DNA of 64,000 nt from Marinobacter sp. (GCF_039977835.1 NZ_JBDWCL010000017.1:72403-136402); one strand, 5' to 3'. Counted from the stretch's first letter, positions 1 to 9,177 are shown. Made by a program: numbers and translations. Notes: generated by a model not told the origin, from the letters alone.

Positions 1-350
1 ATGTGCCGCCGTCGTTGCGGTTTTTTGCCGGTGGTGACCAGAGTGTGCGTGGTTATGGTTACGAAACCCTGTCGCCGCGAGATGAGGAAGACGTTGCGGT
101 TGGTGGGCGTTACCTGATGGTTGGCAGTGCTGAATATCAGTACCAGTTTGCCGACAACTGGCGGGTGGCGGCCTTTGTGGATGAAGGTAACGCCGTTGAT
201 GATCTGGCGGACCCCCTGGCCACTGGCGTTGGGCTTGGTATTCGCTGGATAAGCCCGGTGGGGCCCTTGCGCCTGGATGTTGCAAAAGGATTGAACCCGG
301 AATTTGGCGGGGAATGGCGTATCCACTTTTCCATGGGGCCCGAGTTATGA
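1..350 (+). CDS. tamA: Translocation and assembly module outer-membrane protein TamA (Omp85 family), 3' end only; truncated by window start
   Basis: Omp85 C-terminal barrel motifs (SVRGY, GLGIRWISPVGPLRLDVA, terminal HFSMGPEL); stop overlaps the tamB ATG (ATGA at 347-350). Confidence 0.92.
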   Translation, partial: VPPSLRFFAGGDQSVRGYGYETLSPRDEEDVAVGGRYLMVGSAEYQYQFADNWRVAAFVDEGNAVDDLADPLATGVGLGIRWISPVGPLRLDVAKGLNPEFGGEWRIHFSMGPEL

Positions 351-3300
351 CCGAAGCGCCAGCGGAAAAGCCCCACAAGCCAAAGCGTCTGAGAAACGGC
401 CTGCTGATTGCGCTCGCCGTTCTGATCCTGCTGCCTCTGATCCTGGTCGGGGCGCTATTGTTGGCCTTGCGCTCAGAGACCGGAACGGCGTGGGTAATTG
501 ATCAGGTTCCCGGTCTGGATGTGGAGCAGGGGCAGGGCTCATTGCTGGGACAGTGGCAGGCCCGGTCGCTGAAATGGCAGGGCTATGGTGTGGGTCTTCA
601 TCTGGACGGGCCGGTGGTTGACTGGTCTCCTACCTGTCTGTTCAGCAAGCAGCTATGCCTTGAAACCCTGCGGGTGGAAACCATCGATCTGACGCTGCAA
701 CCATCGGCGGATGAGCAAGAGGGCGGCGATATCGAGCTTCCCGGCCTTAACCTGCCGCTGGGCCTGGCTGTCAGGGAGGTGGATCTTGGCACTTTCACCC
801 TGAATAACGGCAAGATCTGGGACCGTCTGCAGATGCGGGCCGAAGGCTCTGGAGCGGACTGGCACCTGCAGAACCTCACCTTTGTTCGTGATGATATAGC
901 AATTGATGCGTCCGGCCGGGTACAGACACGCGGCGACTGGCCGCTCGACCTGGATGTGGGAGTAAGCCTGCCGCCCCCCTATGGGCCCGACTGGAACCTT
1001 GCGCTCAACCTGAGCGGAAGTGCTGTGGACATGAGAGTGCAGGGGACAAGCACTGGTTACCTGGAGGCCACACTTGCCGGCCGAGTGGCCCCTCTGGACA
1101 GTGCGTTGCCGGCGCAACTGACAGTGAAATCCCCCCGATTTGCTCCCGCTGAGGGTTTGCCTGAAACCCTGGTACTCCAGGACACGGTCGTAGCATTGGA
1201 GGGTAGCCTCGAAAACGGCTTCCGTTCCGATTCCCGTACCTCGTTACCCGGCGCCTCCGGTGATATTGCGGTTGCGTTGAAGGGACTGGTAACAACCACC
1301 GGCGTGGAAGACCTGAACCTCGCGCTCTCGGCTCCGGGAACCGGTGATGCTGAGACCGGGAAAGCGGTGGTGACGGGAAGCATGGACTGGCAGGAGGCCT
1401 TCCTGGTGGATGCCCGCGTCGCTATGGAAGCCTTCCCCTGGTACAGCCTGATTCCGGATTTTGAGCAGCCGCCCGTTTCCCTCCGCCAACTGAACGGTAA
1501 GGTCCGGTATCAGTCTGGTGCCTACCAGGCGAGTGTGGAAGCCCGCGTTGATGGCCCGCATGGAGAGGCGGACCTGTCCGGAGAACTGGAAGGTGATATG
1601 GAAGCGGTCAACATCAGCCGCTTGCGAGTGAACACAGGGGCAGGGTTTCTTGGTGGTCAGGGGAAGGTTGCGTTTGCAGACCAACTGGCTTGGGATGCGC
1701 GCCTGGAACTGGACGCTTTCAACCCCGGCTACTGGTTGCCCGCTCTGGAAGCGAGCCTGAATGGCGATATCACAACGAGTGGGCGGCTGGCTGAAAGTGG
1801 CAAGCCTTTGGTAGAGGCTCAGTGGGATCTTTCAGGTACCTGGCAGTCCAATGACGCCCTGGTTCGCGGTGCTCTTGAGAGTGACACCGGGGCCTGGACG
1901 TTGTCTGACCTGGAGCTCCAGGTGGGCGATAACCGGGTAACCGGCAAGGGCGAGTGGAGTAGCGAGATTGAAGGCGATCTGGCCCTGGAGATACCTTCGC
2001 CTGAAATCCTCCTCCCCAGCGTGACGGGCTCGCTGAGCGGAACCGTTTCGATGTCCGGAACCCCCGAGCAGCCTCAAGGCAGTGTGAGCGTGTCTGGGTC
2101 CGATCTGGCCTGGCTGGATGAACTGAGCCTGGCCAACCTGGAGGTGAAAGCTGACCTTGCCGAAGGGCTGAGCCTGAGTGCTGATGTCAATGCGAGCGAA
2201 CTCCGGTACGGCGAGCAGGTGCTGCAGGATTTGACGCTGGGGCTGTCGGGTACCCGGGATAATCACCGGCTGGACGTCGATGCCGTGCATGAGGAAGCTG
2301 AAGTCGGGCTGGTATTTTCCGGTAAGGCGGGCGAAAACTGGAAGAGTTGGCAGGGTGCTGTCGAACGCGGGCGCATTGATGTTCCGGAACAGGGGCAACA
2401 ATGGACGCTAACGGGGCCGGCGGCGCTGGAATATGCTGAAACCGGTCGACTGACCTTCGGCAGCCATTGCTGGCAGTGGCAGCAGGCCTCGGTATGTGCC
2501 GAAAATCAGACCCTGCTGCCCACTCAAAACATCGCCTATCGGGTCGAGAACTTCCCCACCACCGCGCTGGCGCCGCTAATGCCGGAAACGTTGCGCTGGG
2601 ATGCGCTGCTGAACGCTGACGTACGGCTGGTGATGACCGACACTGGGCCCGATGGTGAGGTATCACTCGACGCGGGCGCCGGCGAATTCGAAGTCATGGT
2701 CAGGGACGAGTGGCAGACCCTGGGCTATGACACCTTCACCACCGCGCTTCGGTTAAAGCCGGAAATTGCTGAACTGAATGTGGAGCTGAAGGGACCGGAG
2801 CTGGGTGACCTTTCGGTATCAATGGCGGTTGATCCGAACGACAGTGAGCGGGAGGTTGACGGTCAGTTCCGCGTTCAGGGCCTGGACATTGCGATGGCAG
2901 GCGTTTTTGCCGGGCTGGAAGTGGTCGAGGGCGAACTCAACGGCGAGGGCAGGCTCTCGGGCCCGTTATTGAAGCCGGCGGTCAACGGCCAGATAGGCTT
3001 GACCGGCGGACGGATTTCCGACCCGCAGCTTCCGATACCGCTGGAAGACATGGTTGTAAGCGTGGAGCTGAATGGATATTCCGCCGACCTTTCCGGCCGC
3101 TGGCGCAGCAACGAGCGCAGTACCGGTAATATCAAGGGCGGAGTGGACTGGTCCGCGGAACCCTCGGTTGAGATCAATCTTACGGGGGACCGGTTGCCTT
3201 TCAGCTATGACCCTTACGCCCGCGTAGAACTGGTTCCGGATATCACCGTCACCTACAGCGGGGGCGACCTTGCGGTAACCGGCCGCCTGGAGGTGCCCCG

Positions 3301-4084
3301 TGGCGAGATCGAGATCAGGGAGCTGCCGGCCCAGGCAGTCTCGGTATCGGAAGACGAGGTGATTGTCGGCGCGGAACAGGAAGAGGGTGGTTTGCGCTCC
3401 CTGGATATGGATGTGACAGTCGTGGTCGGGGATGACCAGGTGAGTTTCAGTGGCTTTGGTGTGACCGGGAACCTCAAGGGCACCCTGCGTATCGGCAACA
3501 ACATGGACACCCGCGGTGAGCTGCGGCTGGTTGAGGGCCAGTATGAAGCCTACGGACAGGAGCTGGAACTGCGAAGGGCGAGGTTGATTTTTGTAGGGCC
3601 GCTGACAGAGCCGTATCTGGACATCGAAGCTATCCGGCGAGTGGATACCGTCGTAGCGGGAATAAGACTCAGCGGCCCGGTAAGTTCTCCCCAGACGGAA
3701 GTGTTTTCAGAGCCGGAGATGCCCCAGACAGATGCATTATCCTATGTCATTCTGGGCCGGGCGCCTCAAAGCCGGGGGGACGAAGGGCAGATGAGCCGGG
3801 CGGCCATTTCACTCGGGCTGACCCAGGCCAACAAGGTCACTCAGGGCCTTGGTGAGGAACTGGGTATACGGAATCTGATGCTGGAAGCGGAGGGCTCCGG
3901 AGATGAGTCTGCGGTGGTTGCCAGTGGCTACCTGACCGATGAACTCAGTATTCGCTATGGCGTGGGTATTTTCGAGCCGATCACTACCGTTGCCTTGCGT
4001 TACGATCTTGGAAAGTATTTCTATCTGGAAGCTGCCAGCGGCCTGGCAGCTTCCCTGGATATTTTCTACACCCGGGATTTCTGA
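347..4084 (+). CDS. tamB: Translocation and assembly module inner-membrane protein TamB (DUF490 C-terminus)
   Basis: ~1245 aa; N-terminal TM anchor, beta-rich body, C-terminal YEAYGQELELRRARLIFVGP...PYLDIEA and LDIFYTRDF; follows tamA; ATG at 347 preferred over ORF-track start 314. Confidence 0.92.
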   Translation: MTEAPAEKPHKPKRLRNGLLIALAVLILLPLILVGALLLALRSETGTAWVIDQVPGLDVEQGQGSLLGQWQARSLKWQGYGVGLHLDGPVVDWSPTCLFSKQLCLETLRVETIDLTLQPSADEQEGGDIELPGLNLPLGLAVREVDLGTFTLNNGKIWDRLQMRAEGSGADWHLQNLTFVRDDIAIDASGRVQTRGDWPLDLDVGVSLPPPYGPDWNLALNLSGSAVDMRVQGTSTGYLEATLAGRVAPLDSALPAQLTVKSPRFAPAEGLPETLVLQDTVVALEGSLENGFRSDSRTSLPGASGDIAVALKGLVTTTGVEDLNLALSAPGTGDAETGKAVVTGSMDWQEAFLVDARVAMEAFPWYSLIPDFEQPPVSLRQLNGKVRYQSGAYQASVEARVDGPHGEADLSGELEGDMEAVNISRLRVNTGAGFLGGQGKVAFADQLAWDARLELDAFNPGYWLPALEASLNGDITTSGRLAESGKPLVEAQWDLSGTWQSNDALVRGALESDTGAWTLSDLELQVGDNRVTGKGEWSSEIEGDLALEIPSPEILLPSVTGSLSGTVSMSGTPEQPQGSVSVSGSDLAWLDELSLANLEVKADLAEGLSLSADVNASELRYGEQVLQDLTLGLSGTRDNHRLDVDAVHEEAEVGLVFSGKAGENWKSWQGAVERGRIDVPEQGQQWTLTGPAALEYAETGRLTFGSHCWQWQQASVCAENQTLLPTQNIAYRVENFPTTALAPLMPETLRWDALLNADVRLVMTDTGPDGEVSLDAGAGEFEVMVRDEWQTLGYDTFTTALRLKPEIAELNVELKGPELGDLSVSMAVDPNDSEREVDGQFRVQGLDIAMAGVFAGLEVVEGELNGEGRLSGPLLKPAVNGQIGLTGGRISDPQLPIPLEDMVVSVELNGYSADLSGRWRSNERSTGNIKGGVDWSAEPSVEINLTGDRLPFSYDPYARVELVPDITVTYSGGDLAVTGRLEVPRGEIEIRELPAQAVSVSEDEVIVGAEQEEGGLRSLDMDVTVVVGDDQVSFSGFGVTGNLKGTLRIGNNMDTRGELRLVEGQYEAYGQELELRRARLIFVGPLTEPYLDIEAIRRVDTVVAGIRLSGPVSSPQTEVFSEPEMPQTDALSYVILGRAPQSRGDEGQMSRAAISLGLTQANKVTQGLGEELGIRNLMLEAEGSGDESAVVASGYLTDELSIRYGVGIFEPITTVALRYDLGKYFYLEAASGLAASLDIFYTRDF

Positions 4085-4093
4085 ACCAGCCTC

Positions 4094-4780
4094 TTATTCC
4101 AGTTCGAAGGTGGCACTGACCCGGGAGGTGAGTTCCCGTAGACCTACGTCGGACACGGGAGCGGACGAGGCCCGCATCTCCGCCATCATCGGAACCGGGG
4201 GCTGGTAGCCGTCATCGACACTGATGTTGATCACCTCTCCGCACTGCTTGCCCAGTTCATTGGCCACAAATTCGCATCTTGCCCTCGCGTCAGCGATGGC
4301 GCCGGCCAGCGCCTGCTTACGGAGACTGCTCTCGTCGGAATGGAAGAACTGGTGCTGCCCCACGTTGTAATCCATACCCAGTGCCTGAGCCTGCTGCAGA
4401 ATGGGATTGAGCAGGGAAAGATCGTCAATGGTGAAGCTCACTGTTTGTGAGGCGACGGCCATTTTTTCCGGTTTCTGGTCACGCTCCTGGGACGGGATGG
4501 AGCGACTGTAGAGGTTAACAGAAGCATCGCTGTAGGCGTTGAGCCGGTCACGGTAGTCGCTGATGCCATCGCGCCATTGCTCCATTTGTTCGTTCACGCG
4601 TTGCGTTGCTGTTTCCGGCAGGCTGTGCTCGGCACTGGCGGTAAACTGCAGCCGGGCGCTGTCTGGCGTATACTTTACTGAGGCCTGGCCGCTAAGGCTT
4701 ACCTCACCGGCCATTGCGCCCAGGGAAAGGGAGGCCAGGGCGGCTGGAGTCAACAGATATCGATGGGCCGTAGAAAACAT
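4094..4780 (-). CDS. SIMPL-domain (DUF541/YggE-like) periplasmic protein
   Basis: Signal peptide (LASLSLGAMA), VSLSGQASVKYTPDSA, RKQALAGAIADARARCEFVA, terminal VSATFELE; GGAG RBS 8 nt upstream. Confidence 0.85.
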   Translation of the reverse strand: MFSTAHRYLLTPAALASLSLGAMAGEVSLSGQASVKYTPDSARLQFTASAEHSLPETATQRVNEQMEQWRDGISDYRDRLNAYSDASVNLYSRSIPSQERDQKPEKMAVASQTVSFTIDDLSLLNPILQQAQALGMDYNVGQHQFFHSDESSLRKQALAGAIADARARCEFVANELGKQCGEVINISVDDGYQPPVPMMAEMRASSAPVSDVGLRELTSRVSATFELE

Positions 4781-4791
4781 TTGGGATCTCC

Positions 4792-4992
4792 ATGCTTTTA
4801 CACAATAATCAGGTCAGGTTGACTCCCCGGGAGCGTGACATCCTGCTCAGGCTTACCGGGAGTGATCCCCATTATGTGACGACCCGGGATCAACTGAAAG
4901 AGTGGGCGGCCCGCCACCTGGAAGCCCTGCCCGGTGATGCCAGGGAAATACGCGAAATCAAAGCGGTTCTGCAGCGTTACCTGCCGCTCTGA
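4792..4992 (+). CDS. Small hypothetical protein (66 aa)
   Basis: Fills the gap between SIMPL and the C26 gene; protein-like composition with LTPRERDILLRL helix; only a weak RBS (GGGA). Confidence 0.55.
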   Translation: MLLHNNQVRLTPRERDILLRLTGSDPHYVTTRDQLKEWAARHLEALPGDAREIREIKAVLQRYLPL

Positions 4993-5741
4993 AATTCTTC
5001 ACCGGGGGAGTCATCAGGCTCCGCCGGCTCATCCAGCCTTATCAGTTTTCTCTCTTCTGCAGCGTGGACAAAGTGCCTGAAGATACGCCTGTGGCCGCCG
5101 TGATAAAGCAGGTATTCAGGATGCCACTGGATTCCCATCAGCCACTGACCGCGGGTGTTCTCTATCGCCTGCACGAAATGGTCATTATCCAGAGCGACAA
5201 CACGCAGGTGCTGTCCCAGCCTCTTGATGGTCTGGCTGTGAATGCGGTTGGCACCAATCACTGGCTGGCGCATGACCTGTCCGAGACGGCTGTCGCTGAC
5301 AATGCGGACAGTCTGCATGGGCAACAGCAGCGGGCGGTGACGGGTATTTACCCGCAGGGGGGTGACGTTCTGGCACAGCGAGCCGCCACGGAAAATATTG
5401 ATGAACTGGGCACCCCTGCAGATTCCCAGCACCGGGATATTCAGCTCCTCCGCCCGGGAAAGCAGGCGAACATCAGTCTCATCCCGCCGCGGGTCATAAT
5501 TCGCCGTGACCTGGGGTGCCTGACCATACCGGGAGGGGTGAACATGGGTGCCACCAGAGAGTACCAGGCCATCAAGCAGGGAAACATCCACCCTGGAGCC
5601 TGGGCGAATGAAATGGGTGCGCGCCCCATGCATGCGCAGGGCAAAGCTGATCAACCGATGCGCCAGGCTGCGGCGGGCAGGGCCACTGATCCCGATGGTG
5701 AGGCCGGGATGCTCCGGCTTTTCCTCGATGACGTCAGGCAT
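4977..5741 (-). CDS. Class I glutamine amidotransferase-like protein, peptidase C26 / gamma-glutamyl-gamma-aminobutyrate hydrolase (PuuD-like) family
   Basis: DGLVLSGG, nucleophile elbow LGICRGAQ, triad motif GIQWHPE; ATG 5741 overlaps the upstream stop by 8 nt. Confidence 0.88.
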   Translation of the reverse strand: MPDVIEEKPEHPGLTIGISGPARRSLAHRLISFALRMHGARTHFIRPGSRVDVSLLDGLVLSGGTHVHPSRYGQAPQVTANYDPRRDETDVRLLSRAEELNIPVLGICRGAQFINIFRGGSLCQNVTPLRVNTRHRPLLLPMQTVRIVSDSRLGQVMRQPVIGANRIHSQTIKRLGQHLRVVALDNDHFVQAIENTRGQWLMGIQWHPEYLLYHGGHRRIFRHFVHAAEERKLIRLDEPAEPDDSPGEEFQSGR

Positions 5742-6729
5742 AACTACGGGACCGCAGCCACTGCTCACAGGTATCGACCCAGCTATGGGTCAGGTTGTGA
5801 AAACTCAGCTTACGGCTTTTGCGGAACTCGGTGACCAGTTCCGCCAGATCGCCGGCGTTGGCGGCCAGTTGTTCCAGTACCACCCAGTCGTTCCATACCG
5901 TCGAGAAATGCCACAGAGGATTATCGATGTCGCAGTCCGGCAGCCGGTAGTGCAGGGTGGGCCTGCTCTTGATGCGCTCATCCTTTACGTACGCGGACAG
6001 AAGATCGCTGTTAAGGTGGGCAAACAGCGGCAGCAGGTCCAGCGCCTTGTTCCGGGTCGGGTTGTAGTGAAGGTAGTCCTTCATCAGTTGATCCATGTCC
6101 GGATCATAATCTTCAGCTACCAGCAGATCGGTATAGGTGCTGCTCCACGGTTCAATATAGCTGGTGAACTTGCGGCTCAGGTCAATCTGGTGACGTGTCT
6201 TCAGCCATTCGTACAGCGCTGCAAACGCCTGCAGATAACGCACCAGGGTGGAGGCCTTCAGGTCGGGAAGCTCCGGGTTCAGTTGCAGGCCGAATGCATA
6301 GTAGATGGCCTCCCGGCTGCCAAGAGCGCCCGCCTTGCGGAGCTCGTCACAGAGCTTTTCTATGCGCTCCAGCTCACTGAACGGTAGCGGAGGGCTGATG
6401 ATCTCCAGAGGCACGATTTTCTCGGCTGCTGCGTCTATCACGCTCATTGCCTGGCCGCCAAGTTCCTGGACCGATTCCGGTAATCTCTGGTCTTGCAGAT
6501 CCAGGTCTTTGATGGGGTCGGAATCCAGTTCGATGGTAAAAGCACCGACATCAGTTGAAATTTCCGATACATAACGCGAAACGGCCTTCGCCTCGCCGCC
6601 AAGCAGCTGGGATGAAAGGGAAACGAGCGCCTCGTATCCCAGGCCGGACAGTTCAATCTCCACACCGACTTTACGTTCCTTTCCGTCATCGGTTCTCATG
6701 ATGTCCGGCATGCTGCATCTGTTGCTCAT
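5734..6729 (-). CDS. Putative amidoligase (COOH-NH2 ligase, GS/GCS fold; Amidoligase_2-like)
   Basis: N-terminal VGVEIE, IELDS, LEIISPPL, TRN, RPTLHYRLP in the order typical of the family; GGAG RBS. Confidence 0.75.
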   Translation of the reverse strand: MSNRCSMPDIMRTDDGKERKVGVEIELSGLGYEALVSLSSQLLGGEAKAVSRYVSEISTDVGAFTIELDSDPIKDLDLQDQRLPESVQELGGQAMSVIDAAAEKIVPLEIISPPLPFSELERIEKLCDELRKAGALGSREAIYYAFGLQLNPELPDLKASTLVRYLQAFAALYEWLKTRHQIDLSRKFTSYIEPWSSTYTDLLVAEDYDPDMDQLMKDYLHYNPTRNKALDLLPLFAHLNSDLLSAYVKDERIKSRPTLHYRLPDCDIDNPLWHFSTVWNDWVVLEQLAANAGDLAELVTEFRKSRKLSFHNLTHSWVDTCEQWLRSRSYA

Positions 6730-6837
6730 TAATGCGTCTCCACAGGGGGTTAGCGATACCTTACCACAGACCCATACAGTGAAAATGACCGTTGCCGGCC
6801 AAAACCTACAGGCGCTGGAAAAATTTCAGGCGCAGAC

Positions 6838-6865
6838 TTTACACTGGATAAAACACTGTATATAG
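6838..6865 (+). promoter_or_regulatory. Sigma70 promoter of lexA-sulA
   Basis: TTTACA-N16-TATAGT upstream of lexA. Confidence 0.6.
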
Positions 6866-6872
6866 TCAAATC

Positions 6873-6888
6873 ACTGTATATAAAAACA
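6873..6888. promoter_or_regulatory. LexA operator (SOS box)
   Basis: CTGTATATAAAAACAG = CTG-N10-CAG with AT-rich spacer, 23 nt upstream of the lexA ATG and just downstream of the predicted -10. Confidence 0.92.
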
Positions 6889-6911
6889 GGGCTAACCGGG
6901 GTCACCGAGAC

Positions 6912-7520
6912 ATGAAGCTGACAGCAAGGCAGACACAGGTACTGGAAATCATTCGTCGCTCCGTCGACGAGACCGGATATCCACCGACCCGAGCGGAAAT
7001 TGCCGCAGAACTGGGGTTTCGTTCGGCCAATGCTGCTGAAGAACACCTCAGGGCGTTGGCCAGGAAGGGGGCCATCGAGATGGTTCCGGGAGCCAGCCGT
7101 GGTATCCGTCTTCCGGAAGTTGAAGCGGACCCGGGATTGCCGGTCATAGGCCAGGTGGCAGCCGGGAGCCCGATTCTGGCCCAGGAACACATTGAAGACC
7201 ACTGTACGCTGCAGCCGGAATTTTTCTCGCCCTCGGCAGACTACCTGCTCCGTGTGCGCGGTATGAGTATGAAGGATATCGGCATCCTGGATGGCGATCT
7301 GCTGGCGGTGCACCGCACCAGCGATGTACATAACGGCCAGATCGTGGTGGCCAGGGTCGGTGAAGAGGTGACCGTGAAGCGGTTCCGCAAGGACGGATCC
7401 AAAGTGTATCTCATTGCAGAGAACGAAGAATTCGCACCCATTGAAGTGGATCTGGCAGAACAGGAATTATTCATCGAGGGTCTGGGTGTCGGAGTTATCC
7501 GGCGGTCCGATCTTCACTGA
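6912..7520 (+). CDS. lexA: SOS repressor LexA
   Basis: w[11 protein letters not shown]...AAEEHLRAL, cleavage site VAAG, catalytic GMSM and VTVKR. Confidence 0.98.
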   Translation: MKLTARQTQVLEIIRRSVDETGYPPTRAEIAAELGFRSANAAEEHLRALARKGAIEMVPGASRGIRLPEVEADPGLPVIGQVAAGSPILAQEHIEDHCTLQPEFFSPSADYLLRVRGMSMKDIGILDGDLLAVHRTSDVHNGQIVVARVGEEVTVKRFRKDGSKVYLIAENEEFAPIEVDLAEQELFIEGLGVGVIRRSDLH

Positions 7521-7596
7521 TCCCCGACATTTCCGGCAGTGCTCAGCAGGGTGTCAATCTCCGCCGGGCTCAGCGTAAAGGCAGACGAGGCTTATC

Positions 7597-8085
7597 ATGG
7601 AACAACTCAGCTTTAATCAGAACCAGGCGTATGCTCACGGAGGCGGCAGATTCGTCGGCCCGGAGGCTGCCGGTCTGAGCAGCCATGATGTGAAGCGTGA
7701 AACAGCGAACCGTTCACGCCCGGCGCAGCCGACAGGCAATGTGACGGAAATCATTCTCCCGGAAGGGCAGGTTGAAAATTTCCAGCTGCTGCTGCCGATG
7801 CTGACTCAGCTGAACCAGGAAAAGCGGTGGCTGGCCTGGATCGACCCGCCCCAAAGCCTGGTCAGCAAGTGGCAGACCATGCGCGGGATCGTGGCGGGCG
7901 AGCTGTTGGTATTGCGGTCCACTTCGGACTATCCGGCCCGGCAACTGGCAGAGCGGGCGCTCAGCGCAGGCACCTGTCATGCCGTCGTAATGTGGACGCG
8001 GAAGCTGGGGCGTGAAGCCCTGACTTCACTGGAGCAGGCTTCGGCGAGAGGAAACAGTCACGGCGTCGTCCTGCGCCAGCGCTGA
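7597..8085 (+). CDS. sulA: SOS cell-division inhibitor SulA-like
   Basis: LLLPMLTQL...RWLAWIDPP and AERALSAGTCHAVVMW SulA motifs; directly downstream of lexA. Confidence 0.82.
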   Translation: MEQLSFNQNQAYAHGGGRFVGPEAAGLSSHDVKRETANRSRPAQPTGNVTEIILPEGQVENFQLLLPMLTQLNQEKRWLAWIDPPQSLVSKWQTMRGIVAGELLVLRSTSDYPARQLAERALSAGTCHAVVMWTRKLGREALTSLEQASARGNSHGVVLRQR

Positions 8086-8123
8086 AGTCTCAGCGGTGTG
8101 CGTCGTTCGGTGAAGTTGCCACG

Positions 8124-8384
8124 TCAATGAAGTGTATAAGAGGGCCGGATGTCATGCGCATCTGGCTCGTCTTCGTCCCAGTCAATATCATGAGCAACAT
8201 TGCCTGCGGCCTCAATGCCGGCAGAAATCATGGCCTTGGCCACATTCATATCCCGGTCTTCCATCATTTCCCTGGCTTCGGCCGAGAACGATATTTTTAC
8301 CAGCGGTTCGCTGTCGTCGTCGATACGGCGAAGTGCATAATCGCCGTTGCTCAGTTGTACAATTTCAAAAAATGAGGGTGACAT
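8124..8384 (-). CDS. Conserved hypothetical protein (86 aa, acidic)
   Basis: FFEIVQLSNGDYALRR...PLVKISFS; same position after lexA-sulA as a small conserved gene in pseudomonads (from recall). Confidence 0.75.
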   Translation of the reverse strand: MSPSFFEIVQLSNGDYALRRIDDDSEPLVKISFSAEAREMMEDRDMNVAKAMISAGIEAAGNVAHDIDWDEDEPDAHDIRPSYTLH

Positions 8385-8444
8385 TCAGTTAGCCTTTCAG
8401 TTCATTCCCCGGGTGTCGGCGGATAGCAGCGACGGGCTATGGTA

Positions 8445-8921
8445 TTACCACTCGCTGTGCCGTTCCTCAAGGGTGTCGGTAAAGTGTTTGATGGCCGTCA
8501 GGGTTTGTTCCAGAGCCTGTCTTGATCTGTCCGGCCCGGTATCGGCAGAAACAGCAATCACGTTTTCATCACTCACGGTTTTCCTGGCCACTGGCGGATT
8601 GCCCTGATGTCGTTCCAGCTGATCAAGGTGGTTCCACCAACTGTTGGTCTCGCCAGCCAGTCGGGTCAGTTCCGTTGTCTCCGGGATGTCGCTTCCGAGC
8701 AACTCGATTAGTGCTTCCAGGCTTTCGGGCTGTGCCAGTTTCTCCTGATACATTCTTGCCACCATGACCAGAATCAGCTTCCTGGCGCGCAGACCGAGCT
8801 CCACCGCCCCCTGAACCAGTGCTTCCCGCGTTGGTACGCTGTCGTTCTCGTCCAACTGAGCCAGCAGGGTTCTGGCAAGAAAAATTTTCTGGGAAACCAG
8901 TGAATGCCACGGTGACGCCAT
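8445..8921 (-). CDS. Conserved hypothetical protein (probably DUF6586 family)
   Basis: 158 aa helical ORF with normal codon usage, ends HFTDTLEERHSEW; family assignment from recall only. Confidence 0.65.
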   Translation of the reverse strand: MASPWHSLVSQKIFLARTLLAQLDENDSVPTREALVQGAVELGLRARKLILVMVARMYQEKLAQPESLEALIELLGSDIPETTELTRLAGETNSWWNHLDQLERHQGNPPVARKTVSDENVIAVSADTGPDRSRQALEQTLTAIKHFTDTLEERHSEW

Positions 8922-9045
8922 GGAGTGACCTGTCTAACGAGCTGTGTCGAGCAATGGATTAACTGCCAATGATAACATTTCTGGCCAGGGATTTCTCCCT
9001 TCCCGTCAATCCGCGTGTCTTTGACAAGAAACTACAAAGATTCAC

Positions 9046-9064
9046 TTGAAACGGTCGTTTGAAT
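9046..9064. promoter_or_regulatory. Candidate PsrA (TetR-family) operator
   Basis: TTGAAACGGTCGTTTGAAT, one mismatch from the palindrome TTCAAAC-N4-GTTTGAA. Confidence 0.55.
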
Positions 9065-9177
9065 TTGGCAAAAAGGCGCCCGGTTGAGTGACTTTTGATC
9101 GTCTGGCGCGGAATTCCGTTAAGTGAAAAATCTTGACTGCCGGTTGTCCAGATCTGTTTCCGTGGAGGTGGAAGGGA

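Noticed and set aside
6750-7331. 193-aa ORF antisense to lexA
   Set aside because: Overlaps lexA and its operator; no domain features or RBS
9005-9025. GTCAA-N11-TTGAC palindrome upstream of DUF1329
   Set aside because: Spacing does not fit the 14-bp FleQ box; only 5-bp arms, which could be chance
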